A stretch of 57,180 bases of DNA from a virus (lineage: Duplodnaviria; Caudoviricetes), in the IMG/VR virus record IMGVR_UViG_3300032282_004138, positions 1 through 57,180 of that record; one strand, written 5' to 3'. The notes beneath the pieces were generated by a model. The model worked only from the letters and a program-made list of their open reading frames with translations, ran no database searches and was not told the origin of the DNA. Position numbers and translations under genes: made by a program. Numbering within the stretch: position 1 is the first letter of the stretch; each line of letters begins with the position of its first letter. Positions 1 to 10,058 of this stretch are shown in pieces.

Positions 1-1
1 A

Positions 2-166
2 TGGGTCTTGCATTGAAATAGCGAGAGCAATTTGTTCAGAATCAAACTCAGGTTCTAACATTCCTAATACTGTGGTAACAGATTTAAAAACTTCACCTGT
101 TAACTTGTGATGGTATTTATGTTCAACAGGTTCTAAATATACAACACTATTTCTTTTACTTGCCAT
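2..166 (-). CDS. Partial (N-terminus only) phage exonuclease, probably PD-(D/E)XK family
   Basis: Not in ORF track. Manual translation from ATG at 166: MASKRNSVVYLEPVEHKYHHKLTGEVFKSVTTVLGMLEPEFDSEQIA; HxY...G...SVTT(V)L is the typical start of phage PD-(D/E)XK exonucleases. Runs off the left edge. Confidence 0.6.
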   Translation of the reverse strand, partial: MASKRNSVVYLEPVEHKYHHKLTGEVFKSVTTVLGMLEPEFDSEQIALAISMQDP

Positions 167-178
167 ATAATCTACTGT

Positions 179-379
179 TTAAAATATTTCTAATAACTTT
201 TCTAAGACATACTTCTTTTTATTTTCCCTAATAATTTCACATACTTTGGTTGAAAACTCGTCTTCAATAATTAAAGCATCTGGTTTTTTTATAAAATCAA
301 TTAAAGATTCAAGTCCATCTTCTCTAAGGATTGTTCTTATAATTTCTTCGTTAACATATCTTTTATCAAAACCTGTCAT
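179..379 (-). CDS. Hypothetical protein (66 aa)
   Basis: ORF overlaps the primase stop (ATGA) and is co-oriented with neighbours. Confidence 0.6.
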   Translation of the reverse strand: MTGFDKRYVNEEIIRTILREDGLESLIDFIKKPDALIIEDEFSTKVCEIIRENKKKYVLEKLLEIF

Positions 380-1350
380 ATTGAACTTTCTTTTAATTTA
401 AATGAACCTCGTAAAACATCAACCACACCTTCTCTATTAAAATCTTCGTTAACCTGTGAAATGTCGTAGCCATCTTTCATCTTAATTATTCTTACTTTAC
501 CATATAGTCTACCAACATTTAATTGTGAGTAGATTTGTCTTGCTCTATCCCAAGCATCATCGTCTAACAAAACAACAACCCAACTATTGGCCTTTTTCAT
601 TAAAGCATCATACAATTTTGGATGCAAGTCTTTTCCCAACATCGGGATTGAATTGTAAACAACTATATGGTCAAAAGGTCCTTCAACAATATATATGGTC
701 GAATCCCAATTAACTAACTGTTCATTAAAAATAACTTCTTCTCTTGGTAAATCAGGATTTTTATATTTTGGTTTTTTTCTTGGTGACCAAGCACGACCTG
801 TAAAATAATTTAATTTACCGTCTTTATCATAAGATGGGACAATAATTCTATAAGCATATTCACCATCAGTAGTATAACCCATTTTGTGTTTATAGATAAT
901 ATCAGGTTGTAGGTTTCTTTGTTTGGTTAAATAATTCCAAGCTTCTTTGTAAGGTAAACTGTTAGGATTGGTTCCCTCAAAAGGTATATATTCTTCGGGT
1001 AGATGTATTTCTCTAACCTCTTGGACTACTTTAGTTGTTGATTTAACTTCACTCAATTGAATTCCTAATTGTTTCAGTTTCTTTTTGTGGTCTTTACGAC
1101 CAAACTTAGTAATTAGTTTACCAATTGAGCCGTGGGTATTATGTGTTCCACCACAACTCCAACAATGATAAACACCTTTAGATAAGTTAACTTCAAAGTT
1201 ACCTTTACCATCACCTTCAGGCATATCTTTTTCCGCAGAACAAACAGGACAATCAAAAGAAAATTGACTTTTAGTCAGATTTTCTTTTCTAGGATTACCT
1301 AAAATCTCAATTACAATATCTAATAATAAGGAATTTTCTATTTGTCCCAT
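376..1350 (-). CDS. dnaG: DNA primase (zinc finger + TOPRIM)
   Basis: CPVC...HCWSC zinc ribbon, YRIIVP, FTGR, KYKNP, and TOPRIM motifs IVEGPFD and LDDD. Confidence 0.92.
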   Translation of the reverse strand: MGQIENSLLLDIVIEILGNPRKENLTKSQFSFDCPVCSAEKDMPEGDGKGNFEVNLSKGVYHCWSCGGTHNTHGSIGKLITKFGRKDHKKKLKQLGIQLSEVKSTTKVVQEVREIHLPEEYIPFEGTNPNSLPYKEAWNYLTKQRNLQPDIIYKHKMGYTTDGEYAYRIIVPSYDKDGKLNYFTGRAWSPRKKPKYKNPDLPREEVIFNEQLVNWDSTIYIVEGPFDHIVVYNSIPMLGKDLHPKLYDALMKKANSWVVVLLDDDAWDRARQIYSQLNVGRLYGKVRIIKMKDGYDISQVNEDFNREGVVDVLRGSFKLKESSI

Positions 1351-1389
1351 GATATGGGAAAATATAATAAAAATTAATGACTTAGTAAA

Positions 1390-2007
1390 TTACTTCCAAA
1401 TACCTTCTTTACGCATATGACCTAAAACACAAGTGTAAGCATCAGTCATATCAAAGTTTTCTTTTTTAAGTTTCATATTCTTGTCATATTCCCAAACAAT
1501 TTGTGGTTCGCGGTCAGCAACCTTGTCCCAAATAATTTGTTTTTTATCAATCTCCCAAGTATATCCTCCAAAAAGAACTGGTTTTTTAGTTTTTAAATCT
1601 TTTTCTTTATAGGCCTCACCTTTTTTATCGTGAGTTCTAATCGCCATTAATTCAGGGTATGCGTAAGCACGAGAATCGTATGAAGTGATAAATTCAGGTA
1701 CAACACCTAAAACATCATCAACAACTTTTGAAATCATACCGTTGAATCTAAGAAGAGTTCCAACCGTATAAACGTTGTTTGAATTTAAAAGTGGTTCTTC
1801 GATAACAACCTTTTCAATATCAAGGTCCATGTATCTTGTTAATAATTTTTCGAAAGCATCAACTTTTTTAAAAAGTTCTTCCAATTTATTCTCAGGTAAT
1901 GGTTTAATTTTTGGAGTGATGTGTGTTAACTCCAATAATTTACCGTCTTCCTCGAATAAAGCCATGCCGATTGTTTTTGTCGACACATCTAAGCCTAAAA
2001 TTCTCAT
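1390..2007 (-). CDS. ruvC: RuvC-like Holliday junction resolvase
   Basis: N-terminal ILGLDVSTKTIG, central VVIEE and C-terminal DMTDAY acidic motifs of the RNase H/RuvC fold. Confidence 0.8.
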   Translation of the reverse strand: MRILGLDVSTKTIGMALFEEDGKLLELTHITPKIKPLPENKLEELFKKVDAFEKLLTRYMDLDIEKVVIEEPLLNSNNVYTVGTLLRFNGMISKVVDDVLGVVPEFITSYDSRAYAYPELMAIRTHDKKGEAYKEKDLKTKKPVLFGGYTWEIDKKQIIWDKVADREPQIVWEYDKNMKLKKENFDMTDAYTCVLGHMRKEGIWK

Positions 2008-2028
2008 AAAACATTTTTTATATTTTTA

Positions 2029-3222
2029 TTATAACGGACTTACTCCGTTCCAACTTAACGTACCAGTTTGTGGTGTTATAGGTTCTGAAAGTGGTAATTC
2101 TAAATCAAAAATCAAATAACCGTCTTGGTTTTTAATTAAAGCTTCGTCAGGTTTAACCACAGCTAAACATTCACCAGCTGGACCATGTAACGTAATCGTA
2201 GATGTTGCGATACCACAATCTTGTCCTTGTCCAATATATGAACTGTTAGGTGAAGATACCCATACATTAGGTTGAGCAACTATTTTAACTTTTAAAATTT
2301 CAGCTAAATCCATATCAGAAGCGTTAAAAGCTGTTTGTCCACTTGTGAACGTACCACCTGTGATAGATGTTGGGTCTCCACTTATTGTTGACCATTTAAA
2401 TCCTTTAACTAAATCAGGGTCAAAAATAAATCCAAAACCATAATTTAAAAACATTGCTCCAACAATTTTATCATATCCACCAACACCTGTATATTGTGTA
2501 TTACCAGGTTCAAAACTAATAAGTCTAGCACCGTTAGCAAATTTGTTAGGTTGAGCGTATAAATAATCCCAAGTTAAACTTGATCCTGTTGCTCCTGTAA
2601 ACGTGTTATAAACATTGTTACTCATTAAATAAACAACACCACTATCAAAGAATTTATAACTTGAGTCTGGGTTAGGGTTTTTACCTGGAGCGTATTGGTA
2701 TCCTATACCAAAATTATTTGTATACTCAGGTGATGCCTCACTTTTATACTCATCAGCTTGTACACCAGAACATAAAGAGTATGGATTTTTCTTTAAAATG
2801 TCGGGATTATAGATAAAAGAACTATATAATGTTGTTGCCGTTAATCCTGATGTCATACCAGTGTATGAAGAATTTAACGGTACATAAAGAGCGTTATTTT
2901 GTCCGTAAATTTGTACTCTATAATTTGAATTTGATATTGAAAATCCTACTGCTCCTGTATTATAAAAAGCTTCAGGTAAACTTTCCAAAGCGGTACCAAT
3001 TAACCCACCGTTAGCATACGGTTGGTTAGTGACGTTATAGTCGGTTTCAGTTCTCATATCAAAAAATCCCCACAAATGTGATAATGAACTATTTAAAAAA
3101 TTAGCGTCATTAAAGGCAGGTATTTTATAATACTTGATCTCATCACCAATAGCCATTGTGTAAACACTAGATATGTCTACTTCTTCTGATGTATATACGT
3201 TTTCTACTTTTTGTAAAGCCAT
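2029..3222 (-). CDS. Virion structural protein (baseplate/fibre-associated)
   Basis: Last gene of the structural block; G/T/S/N-rich; C-terminus (ITLHGPAGECLAVVKPDEALIK...IFDLEL) resembles that of the 688-aa protein. Confidence 0.55.
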   Translation of the reverse strand: MALQKVENVYTSEEVDISSVYTMAIGDEIKYYKIPAFNDANFLNSSLSHLWGFFDMRTETDYNVTNQPYANGGLIGTALESLPEAFYNTGAVGFSISNSNYRVQIYGQNNALYVPLNSSYTGMTSGLTATTLYSSFIYNPDILKKNPYSLCSGVQADEYKSEASPEYTNNFGIGYQYAPGKNPNPDSSYKFFDSGVVYLMSNNVYNTFTGATGSSLTWDYLYAQPNKFANGARLISFEPGNTQYTGVGGYDKIVGAMFLNYGFGFIFDPDLVKGFKWSTISGDPTSITGGTFTSGQTAFNASDMDLAEILKVKIVAQPNVWVSSPNSSYIGQGQDCGIATSTITLHGPAGECLAVVKPDEALIKNQDGYLIFDLELPLSEPITPQTGTLSWNGVSPL

Positions 3223-3224
3223 GA

Positions 3225-3443
3225 TTAAACTGTTGTAAATATTCTATTATTAAAATATAAATTATCTAAACTCCAAAAATCTATATTGACATAGGTAACA
3301 ACACCAGTTTCATTTTTATAAATGAAATTTTTATTATTAGCCGTATAAAAATAATCGTTATTTGAGATAGTTGGACTTGTAATATTGTCTGGATATCTAT
3401 AGTTGATAAAATCTGGCCCGTATGTTGGTAAAATTTTTGACAT
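3225..3443 (-). CDS. Small hypothetical protein in structural operon
   Basis: 72-aa ORF with 1-2 nt spacing to both neighbours. Confidence 0.55.
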   Translation of the reverse strand: MSKILPTYGPDFINYRYPDNITSPTISNNDYFYTANNKNFIYKNETGVVTYVNIDFWSLDNLYFNNRIFTTV

Positions 3444-3444
3444 G

Positions 3445-4563
3445 TTATACTAATTCTATTGGATTTGCTGTACTGTTTGTATCGTAAATAAAGTTTAACC
3501 TTACATTACCCCCAAACTTATCTGTTATATAATTTATATCTTGATTGGTTGCTATAACATTCATGTTAACTGGTATGGTATAGTTATTATTTGTTTTATC
3601 GTATATACCATAAGTTTTCATAAATAAAGTTGCTTGATTTATTAAACCTGTTAACAATGTTTCAGAATTACCGTTAACATTAACCATTGCTAAAGCGTAA
3701 CCAATGAAACCCGCTTTTGTTGGGTATGCCGTATTTTGTGGTAAGTAATAAGTATTAGAACCAACTACCGCTGCTGGGTATACAGTTTTATAATTAGCTA
3801 AATCAGAAGTTTCAACTTCTGATGTTGTTAAGAAAGTAGTATTGTTAACCCAATAACCAAATTTATTTGCTACTAAACTAAATCTACCTGCTGTACCATC
3901 AACAGCCATACCATTGACAGAGTATGTTGAGAAGGACACTGCAAAAGGTGAACCAAATCTTATTGTACTATTATCTACCATTCCTCTAACCCCACCATCT
4001 TTTAAACCTACGTATCTTGGTGAAATTTTATTTAAGTTCATTAAATCAAATTCTGTTTTTGGTGCCCAGCTAATATTTAAATCGGTTAAATATTTTGTAT
4101 TGTCATAATTTTTTGTTGATAGATTTAATGTCTGTACTGTTGCTGTTACATAATCCCACAAATCTAAAGTTAATCCCCCCATATTAAAATCATAAGTAGA
4201 AGATGTTAACTGTTGTAACCAAGGGTATATGTTAATGTTTATATTTAAATTTGGTTGGTTGAAATTTCCGTATGAACAATCTTCGTTTACAAAACTAAAT
4301 TGTAACCTACTTAAAGCGTTTTGAATTTCTTGTTGTGTAGGTTTAGTCGCAAAAACTCCAGTATACTCAGCAAAGGCGCATTGTGATGTAGTTATGGTGG
4401 TGTGTTTACCTATAACAGGTGGCACCAAACTTTCTGTTGCCGAAACTAAATAGTTATGACAGTTATCATTTATATTATAATAAACAATATTGTCTACTAA
4501 ACCTGATGCCATCAAAGTTTTATAACCAGTCGGTGTTAATGTTGTTTGTAATGTTGTTGCCAT
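3445..4563 (-). CDS. Virion structural protein
   Basis: 372 aa, T/N-rich, TAATG-coupled; N-terminus TLTPTGYKTLMASG...YYNINDNCHNY resembles neighbouring paralogues. Confidence 0.55.
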   Translation of the reverse strand: MATTLQTTLTPTGYKTLMASGLVDNIVYYNINDNCHNYLVSATESLVPPVIGKHTTITTSQCAFAEYTGVFATKPTQQEIQNALSRLQFSFVNEDCSYGNFNQPNLNININIYPWLQQLTSSTYDFNMGGLTLDLWDYVTATVQTLNLSTKNYDNTKYLTDLNISWAPKTEFDLMNLNKISPRYVGLKDGGVRGMVDNSTIRFGSPFAVSFSTYSVNGMAVDGTAGRFSLVANKFGYWVNNTTFLTTSEVETSDLANYKTVYPAAVVGSNTYYLPQNTAYPTKAGFIGYALAMVNVNGNSETLLTGLINQATLFMKTYGIYDKTNNNYTIPVNMNVIATNQDINYITDKFGGNVRLNFIYDTNSTANPIELV

Positions 4564-4790
4564 TATGTTAAATTGTCTCTAAAAGTTATACTATCTGGTA
4601 CTACACTATTTTTACTACCACTTATGTCCACCATCAAATTAGGAATAACATTTACCATGTAATTAACTTCTTGATCGTAAAGAGTATAATAAAGAATTTG
4701 TTTTTCTAAACCCTTTGTAGCCAAAGTTTTCTGTCCTAATTGTGTAAGAACAAATTTTAATTTATCTGTATCACCACCAGCAAAAGCCAT
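4563..4790 (-). CDS. Small structural protein, tail-collar-like N-terminal module
   Basis: 75 aa, VLTQLGQKTLA...YYTLYDQEVNY; TAATG overlaps on both sides. Confidence 0.55.
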   Translation of the reverse strand: MAFAGGDTDKLKFVLTQLGQKTLATKGLEKQILYYTLYDQEVNYMVNVIPNLMVDISGSKNSVVPDSITFRDNLT

Positions 4791-6856
4791 TATAGATCAA
4801 ATGCTATTTCAATTATTATTGTCGCGTTAGACACTTTCTCAATTGGTAAATTCATCTTACCAATGGCAACTAAGTTTTTATTTACATCGTAAATACCAAC
4901 TTCATTGATGTGAACTTTTTGGTTTGAATTAGCCCAAGTAGGATTAATACTCCAATTGAACATTGTAGGAGGTACTGTGAACACAAATTTAGTTCTATAC
5001 TTATCAGTTACACCAACCGCCTCAATATTACCAAAGAAGAATCTCTCATCTCCAAATTGTAATTTTTCTGATTCAGCAGTTTGTGGTATTGTAATAAAAT
5101 CATTTAAGTTATAGTTTGTACCACCCATATACATTGTATCTGTGATAGTAAATGTGGTTGCTTCAAGGTTGATAGGGTCAATTCTATTACCAACAGTGTG
5201 ACCTACAATATCAGAAGTAAAATCCATCAACGTCCATTGAGTTGGATCTGGGTAAGTACCTAATGGTTGTCTTTGAGCTAATAAATAAAATTTATCAGCG
5301 TACCAACCTGTACCACCAGTAACACTCATATACGGTAATTGACCAATTGGGAACTGTACTTCTACTGCTTGAGTTAAAGTCGGTGGACAATTCTCGGCAG
5401 GAAAATTAACACAAACAATATTTTGACAGTGTAATCCTGAAGTATAACCTGAAGTACTTTCCAATAAATAAGTTAAATAAAGATTTTCTGTAGCATCAAT
5501 AACACCATCATTGTTACTAATTGTATTAGTTTGTAATGTAGGTAACGTCCAATTTCTGTTTGCTTTATAAGATAAAGCTGCCACTAACTCTTGGTCATCG
5601 ATTGTAAACATATGGAATTCAGGGTAAATTCTACCAACACCGTTACCATAACTGTCTACTAATGATGTATAACCAATGGTTGTATTAGAACCTGAAAGTG
5701 TTACATATTGTGTAGTCCCTGAACTTGTTGCACTAAAGACATAACCAATTGTAGAACCAGTTGTTGCTCTATGCCACATTAAAGTCGGCATTATTAGTTT
5801 TGGTGATGCAGGTACTGTTGTATCTACATAAAACTTTTGTCCATACTTTAATTCATTTTGATTATCACAAGTTTCTTTATTTGTGTAATGTATAATACTA
5901 ATAGAAGGTACTAAATAACAAGCCGTGTTTGCACTATGTGTTAAAGGAATCTCTGATGTATAACCAAAATATTCTTTACTACCTACATAACTTTCAGAAC
6001 CATAACTGTTAAAAGTTTCGTAAGATGCTGGATTAACTCCCGGGATTGGGTATGACCACACATTGTTCATGTTCCACACACATCCACCACTGAAGAAACC
6101 ACCATCACTAAATAAACTATTAGAACTACTTCCGTTTATTGTAGCACCTGTACCAAGTGGGTAAAAAGTTGTCCAACAATAATTAGAACCAGTGTAAGAA
6201 GGGAAACTAGCAAAATCCCTATCAATCTCAACTATTAAATCATTACCAGCTAAAGTACCAGAAACAATACTTTGTACTTTATACCATAGATAAGGTACAG
6301 GTGTATTCAATTCTACTACTGCCTGATTTTGTGTAACAGTTAATTCGTCATTACTCATTTTAACCATCATCAAATCACCTACTTGTGGTTCGTATGTATT
6401 GGAACCGTATGTTGGTGCTTGTGAGATGGGTAACGTAGTACCACCAGTAAGACCGGCTAAGTTTATAATTGTATCAGCTTGTAAAACGTGACAGATTGTA
6501 TCTGTGTAAGCCGTATATTCAATAGTTGTTCCAGTACCATATTCAAAAAATCCAATTCTAGGTGCTGTAGTTAAAGTTTCTAAAATTACAGGACTTAATG
6601 TCGGAATTGACAGGTAAGAATTTGTTGCGTTAGCCGTAGGTAATAACGGTGTTTTTAAATCAGGGTTTTCTGCTTTAGCTCTTATGATGTTTTCTAATGT
6701 AATATCATAAGATGGACCCAAGGTTGTGTAATCAATTTCTGAGTCACCTAATCTAAATGTGTCAAAGGTTAAAAGACCTAATGAAAGTAATTTTCTACCT
6801 TCATTTGTCATTCTAGCACTTATTACGATGTTACTGTTTTTATCTATATAACTCAC
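4790..6856 (-). CDS. Baseplate/tail-collar fibre-attachment protein (split DUF3751-like fold)
   Basis: N-term ARMTNEGRKLL...FRLGDSEIDY and C-term INEVGIYDVNKNLVAIGK resemble the two halves of the phage tail-collar domain; GTG start. Confidence 0.6.
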   Translation of the reverse strand: MSYIDKNSNIVISARMTNEGRKLLSLGLLTFDTFRLGDSEIDYTTLGPSYDITLENIIRAKAENPDLKTPLLPTANATNSYLSIPTLSPVILETLTTAPRIGFFEYGTGTTIEYTAYTDTICHVLQADTIINLAGLTGGTTLPISQAPTYGSNTYEPQVGDLMMVKMSNDELTVTQNQAVVELNTPVPYLWYKVQSIVSGTLAGNDLIVEIDRDFASFPSYTGSNYCWTTFYPLGTGATINGSSSNSLFSDGGFFSGGCVWNMNNVWSYPIPGVNPASYETFNSYGSESYVGSKEYFGYTSEIPLTHSANTACYLVPSISIIHYTNKETCDNQNELKYGQKFYVDTTVPASPKLIMPTLMWHRATTGSTIGYVFSATSSGTTQYVTLSGSNTTIGYTSLVDSYGNGVGRIYPEFHMFTIDDQELVAALSYKANRNWTLPTLQTNTISNNDGVIDATENLYLTYLLESTSGYTSGLHCQNIVCVNFPAENCPPTLTQAVEVQFPIGQLPYMSVTGGTGWYADKFYLLAQRQPLGTYPDPTQWTLMDFTSDIVGHTVGNRIDPINLEATTFTITDTMYMGGTNYNLNDFITIPQTAESEKLQFGDERFFFGNIEAVGVTDKYRTKFVFTVPPTMFNWSINPTWANSNQKVHINEVGIYDVNKNLVAIGKMNLPIEKVSNATIIIEIAFDL

Positions 6857-6871
6857 TTTTTACTTTTATTT

Positions 6872-6881
6872 TATAAATATC
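6872..6881 (-). promoter_or_regulatory. Putative late promoter GATATTTATA
   Basis: Intergenic, 15 nt upstream of the 688-aa gene; motif recurs before several virion genes. Confidence 0.6.
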
Positions 6882-6908
6882 GTTATGTTATTTTTTTAAC
6901 TATTTTTA

Positions 6909-9900
6909 TTAAGCAGATCTAAAGAAATAGTTTTTTTTCAATTTATTAATTGCCGTTTTACCAGGTATGATACCAAAGTAATAATAAGGTACGTTAGCTC
7001 TAACATTAGGGTTGTTTCTACTACCTCTGTTAATGTATCTATCCCACCCATCATTATCGGCCTCATCAATATCAGGGCTACTAACACCAGCAGTATTAGT
7101 ATTAATCCAATTATTAGCTGGTTGACCGTAACAGTTTGATGGGTTATTACCACAAGGACTAAATCTACTACCTGTTAATTTATTTACAAGGAATCCTCCA
7201 TAAGCTGGTGGGTCATTAACTAAATCAGCGTATGGGGTTGTAGTACCACCTGGTGGGTTAAACTCATCATTATTGTCAACTTCTTGGTCTACATGGATTT
7301 TAGAAATTTCTTTCATGAAAAAAGTTGGGTTATCTTTTAATTCAAATTCATGACAAGGATATCCGTCTATTAAACCACTACCATAAAATAGTTGTCTTGG
7401 GTTACAATTGTTTTGTTTAAGTAAATAAAATAATACTTCTTGTGGACTTTGATATGAGGTTTCTTGTAAATAAGATACCCAAAAACCTGGATCCCAACCG
7501 TTCTCATAAAAAGTACCAGTATAAAAATTAGGGTTTTGTGCGTAAGTGTGTAAAGCTTGTCCTGCTTGTGATGCCGTACTAATTTCTTCTATAGCCTCTT
7601 CACACATTTCAATTCTACCTACCGAAACAATTTTAGTTGACATTAATGCATTACAATAAATTATATCGTTAACATCCGCGGCTCCATTATGGGTTTTACC
7701 GTTAGAGTCTGGTACTAGTGAAGCGTTTTGTGCTCCCACATGATAAGCACCTAAAACATCACCACTTCCATTATAATAAGCATATAAACAAGCTGCACAA
7801 TAAGGTGATAAAGGTCCGGTAGCTAAACAAGCTGCTACACAAGGTCCAAGAAGTCCTGTACCAGCGGAAGGATCTGTACCTTCATTAGGTCCTCTAAGTA
7901 AACATTTTGTACATTCACCAACAAGAGTTGCTGTATTAAAATTAGCTTTAGTATCTAAACAACAATTGTTATTACCATAGTATTTACCTCTTAGTTGGTC
8001 AGCACCAGGTCCACAAAATTTTTCTTTAGAACCACTTTTATTCTTTTTGTATTTAAATTGGAATAGATAAGCTGTACCAAAAACCCAAGCGTCATTAAAA
8101 TTTCTTCTAATAACGTTTCTTTGTTCAGCGGCTCTTAATTTAACACAACACTTCCAATTAATTAAATCTTGTAAACAAATATTATCGGCAGTGTTTATAC
8201 CTGTAGTTTCTACTTTAAAACAGAAATTACATGAAGAACAAGGATTACCACTTGGGCAGTTACAAGCGAAAGTACTTCCACCACAACTATTAGGGTTACA
8301 ACTAGCCCATGTACCACCAGTAGAAGGCACATCATATCCCTCCCCATTTGGGGCATCTTCACATGGAAGTGTAAATTGTGGTATTAACCCACCCAACCAA
8401 GCGAATGGACATATCTGATAACAAAAATCTAATACTGTTATATTAAACCCTATGTTAACCTTAACAACCGTAGTACCCCAACTAATAACAAGTCTTGCAC
8501 AAAATTGAATGCATATACTGACCAATATAATCAGTAGTTTTAAAATAAAGGCAACTACGTCAATAAAAAATGCTATTATGTAATAAACAATATCAAACTT
8601 CCACACCGCATTAGTAAATGGAAATAAATTAGTTTCAGCACTAACATCGGTATTTTTAACACCTAAGAAACTAAATCTGTTGGCACCTAATTTATATTTT
8701 TTGATATAATGGGCAATAGTATATAACTGTTTCCATTCAAAAGTGTGGAAATCTAAAAATATTCTAGCGTTTGGGTATATGGTTGTATCGTATTCTGTTA
8801 TATCGTCGGTCCATCTTTGGTCTTGTGTACCGTTAGCTTGAGCTATATTAGCGGTATCTACCATACCTTGCGTTCCACCAAAATCAACTCCTAAACTTGG
8901 GAAAAATATTGTGGCAGTTCTATACTTAGGGTTTTCGTTTGGCTCGGTAAATTTCATTTTGAGTCTGTACATCCCTTTTGTTGCAATACCAATAGAAGGA
9001 TCAGCCGAAGGTACCAAATTACCGAACTCGTCGGTAATTACATGAGCCAAATTCATTGGTACAGGAAAAGTGAATGTACCGTCTGCGTCTATTAAATCAC
9101 CACCATTTATACTCCATTTCTCTAAACTCGCAGGTGTAATATTACCATTGTTGTACCAATCAAGTGGGTCGTAATCTTTAACCCTTATCATGTCGATACG
9201 TCCTTCTCCTGTTTTAAGATTATCTTCTTCACCCATATCATTTTTTGGGTTACACCCTTTATTAATACTCGCCTTACCTGAATCAGTAAAAATAGAACCA
9301 AAAAATAAAGCTGTTGTTCTAATTTCAAAGTTGGTGTCAAAGTCTACTCTCGTAATACCTATTTCACAATTTTCTGTATCACCCCAAAATGGAATAATAT
9401 CTACACCTATGTTACCAGATTTTATTTGTGGTAAAGAATCTAAGTTTGTAGCCGTTTTAAATTCCGCATTAGAATCAAAAAGTTTTTCAGGATAACCGTT
9501 TGCTATCATATCATACGGTCTAACACTTGCTGCACCAGCATCACTTAAGTCAATGTCCATATGTATGGTGTACTGACCTACGGGTGCCCCAAAAATCATA
9601 AAATCACCCGCATTATTTGTTTTTGTAGTATATTTGTAATACTTGTCAAAAACTTCTAAAACAGTGTCGTTATCTAAAACTTCTTGTTTTGTAGGAAAAG
9701 TACCCACAGGTTTGTTTAAAAAACAAGTTGTTTTTGATAATAAAAGGTTATAACGAATATTATCTTTCTTTTGATATGGTGTCTTAAAAGGGTATAAATC
9801 TTTTATTAAAGTATTTTTTTGGTCTTCGTCAGTAATCGGGATGAAAACTGAAATTTTAGCGTTAGGTAAACCAAAACCTTTGTTTGCTATAACTCTACCA

Positions 9901-10058
9901 ACAACTACACCATAGTTAGAACAAAAAGTTTGGTATAAATCTTCTTGGCTAATTTTAAGACTCATGATTTCAAGGAAATCAAAGTCCTGTTCCAATTTGA
10001 CTCTAATATTACTACTATTACCTGGAGTTGTTCTTATTCTAATTGATTCGTTCGCCAT
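6909..10058 (-). CDS. Large Cys-rich virion protein with carboxypeptidase-regulatory-like domain and hydrophobic segment
   Basis: VVGRVIANKGFGLPNAKISV...TKTNNAGDFMIFGAPVGQYTI; hydrophobic run IVYYIIAFFIDVVAFILKLLIILVSICI; Cys-rich C-terminal half. Confidence 0.55.
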   Translation of the reverse strand: MANESIRIRTTPGNSSNIRVKLEQDFDFLEIMSLKISQEDLYQTFCSNYGVVVGRVIANKGFGLPNAKISVFIPITDEDQKNTLIKDLYPFKTPYQKKDNIRYNLLLSKTTCFLNKPVGTFPTKQEVLDNDTVLEVFDKYYKYTTKTNNAGDFMIFGAPVGQYTIHMDIDLSDAGAASVRPYDMIANGYPEKLFDSNAEFKTATNLDSLPQIKSGNIGVDIIPFWGDTENCEIGITRVDFDTNFEIRTTALFFGSIFTDSGKASINKGCNPKNDMGEEDNLKTGEGRIDMIRVKDYDPLDWYNNGNITPASLEKWSINGGDLIDADGTFTFPVPMNLAHVITDEFGNLVPSADPSIGIATKGMYRLKMKFTEPNENPKYRTATIFFPSLGVDFGGTQGMVDTANIAQANGTQDQRWTDDITEYDTTIYPNARIFLDFHTFEWKQLYTIAHYIKKYKLGANRFSFLGVKNTDVSAETNLFPFTNAVWKFDIVYYIIAFFIDVVAFILKLLIILVSICIQFCARLVISWGTTVVKVNIGFNITVLDFCYQICPFAWLGGLIPQFTLPCEDAPNGEGYDVPSTGGTWASCNPNSCGGSTFACNCPSGNPCSSCNFCFKVETTGINTADNICLQDLINWKCCVKLRAAEQRNVIRRNFNDAWVFGTAYLFQFKYKKNKSGSKEKFCGPGADQLRGKYYGNNNCCLDTKANFNTATLVGECTKCLLRGPNEGTDPSAGTGLLGPCVAACLATGPLSPYCAACLYAYYNGSGDVLGAYHVGAQNASLVPDSNGKTHNGAADVNDIIYCNALMSTKIVSVGRIEMCEEAIEEISTASQAGQALHTYAQNPNFYTGTFYENGWDPGFWVSYLQETSYQSPQEVLFYLLKQNNCNPRQLFYGSGLIDGYPCHEFELKDNPTFFMKEISKIHVDQEVDNNDEFNPPGGTTTPYADLVNDPPAYGGFLVNKLTGSRFSPCGNNPSNCYGQPANNWINTNTAGVSSPDIDEADNDGWDRYINRGSRNNPNVRANVPYYYFGIIPGKTAINKLKKNYFFRSA

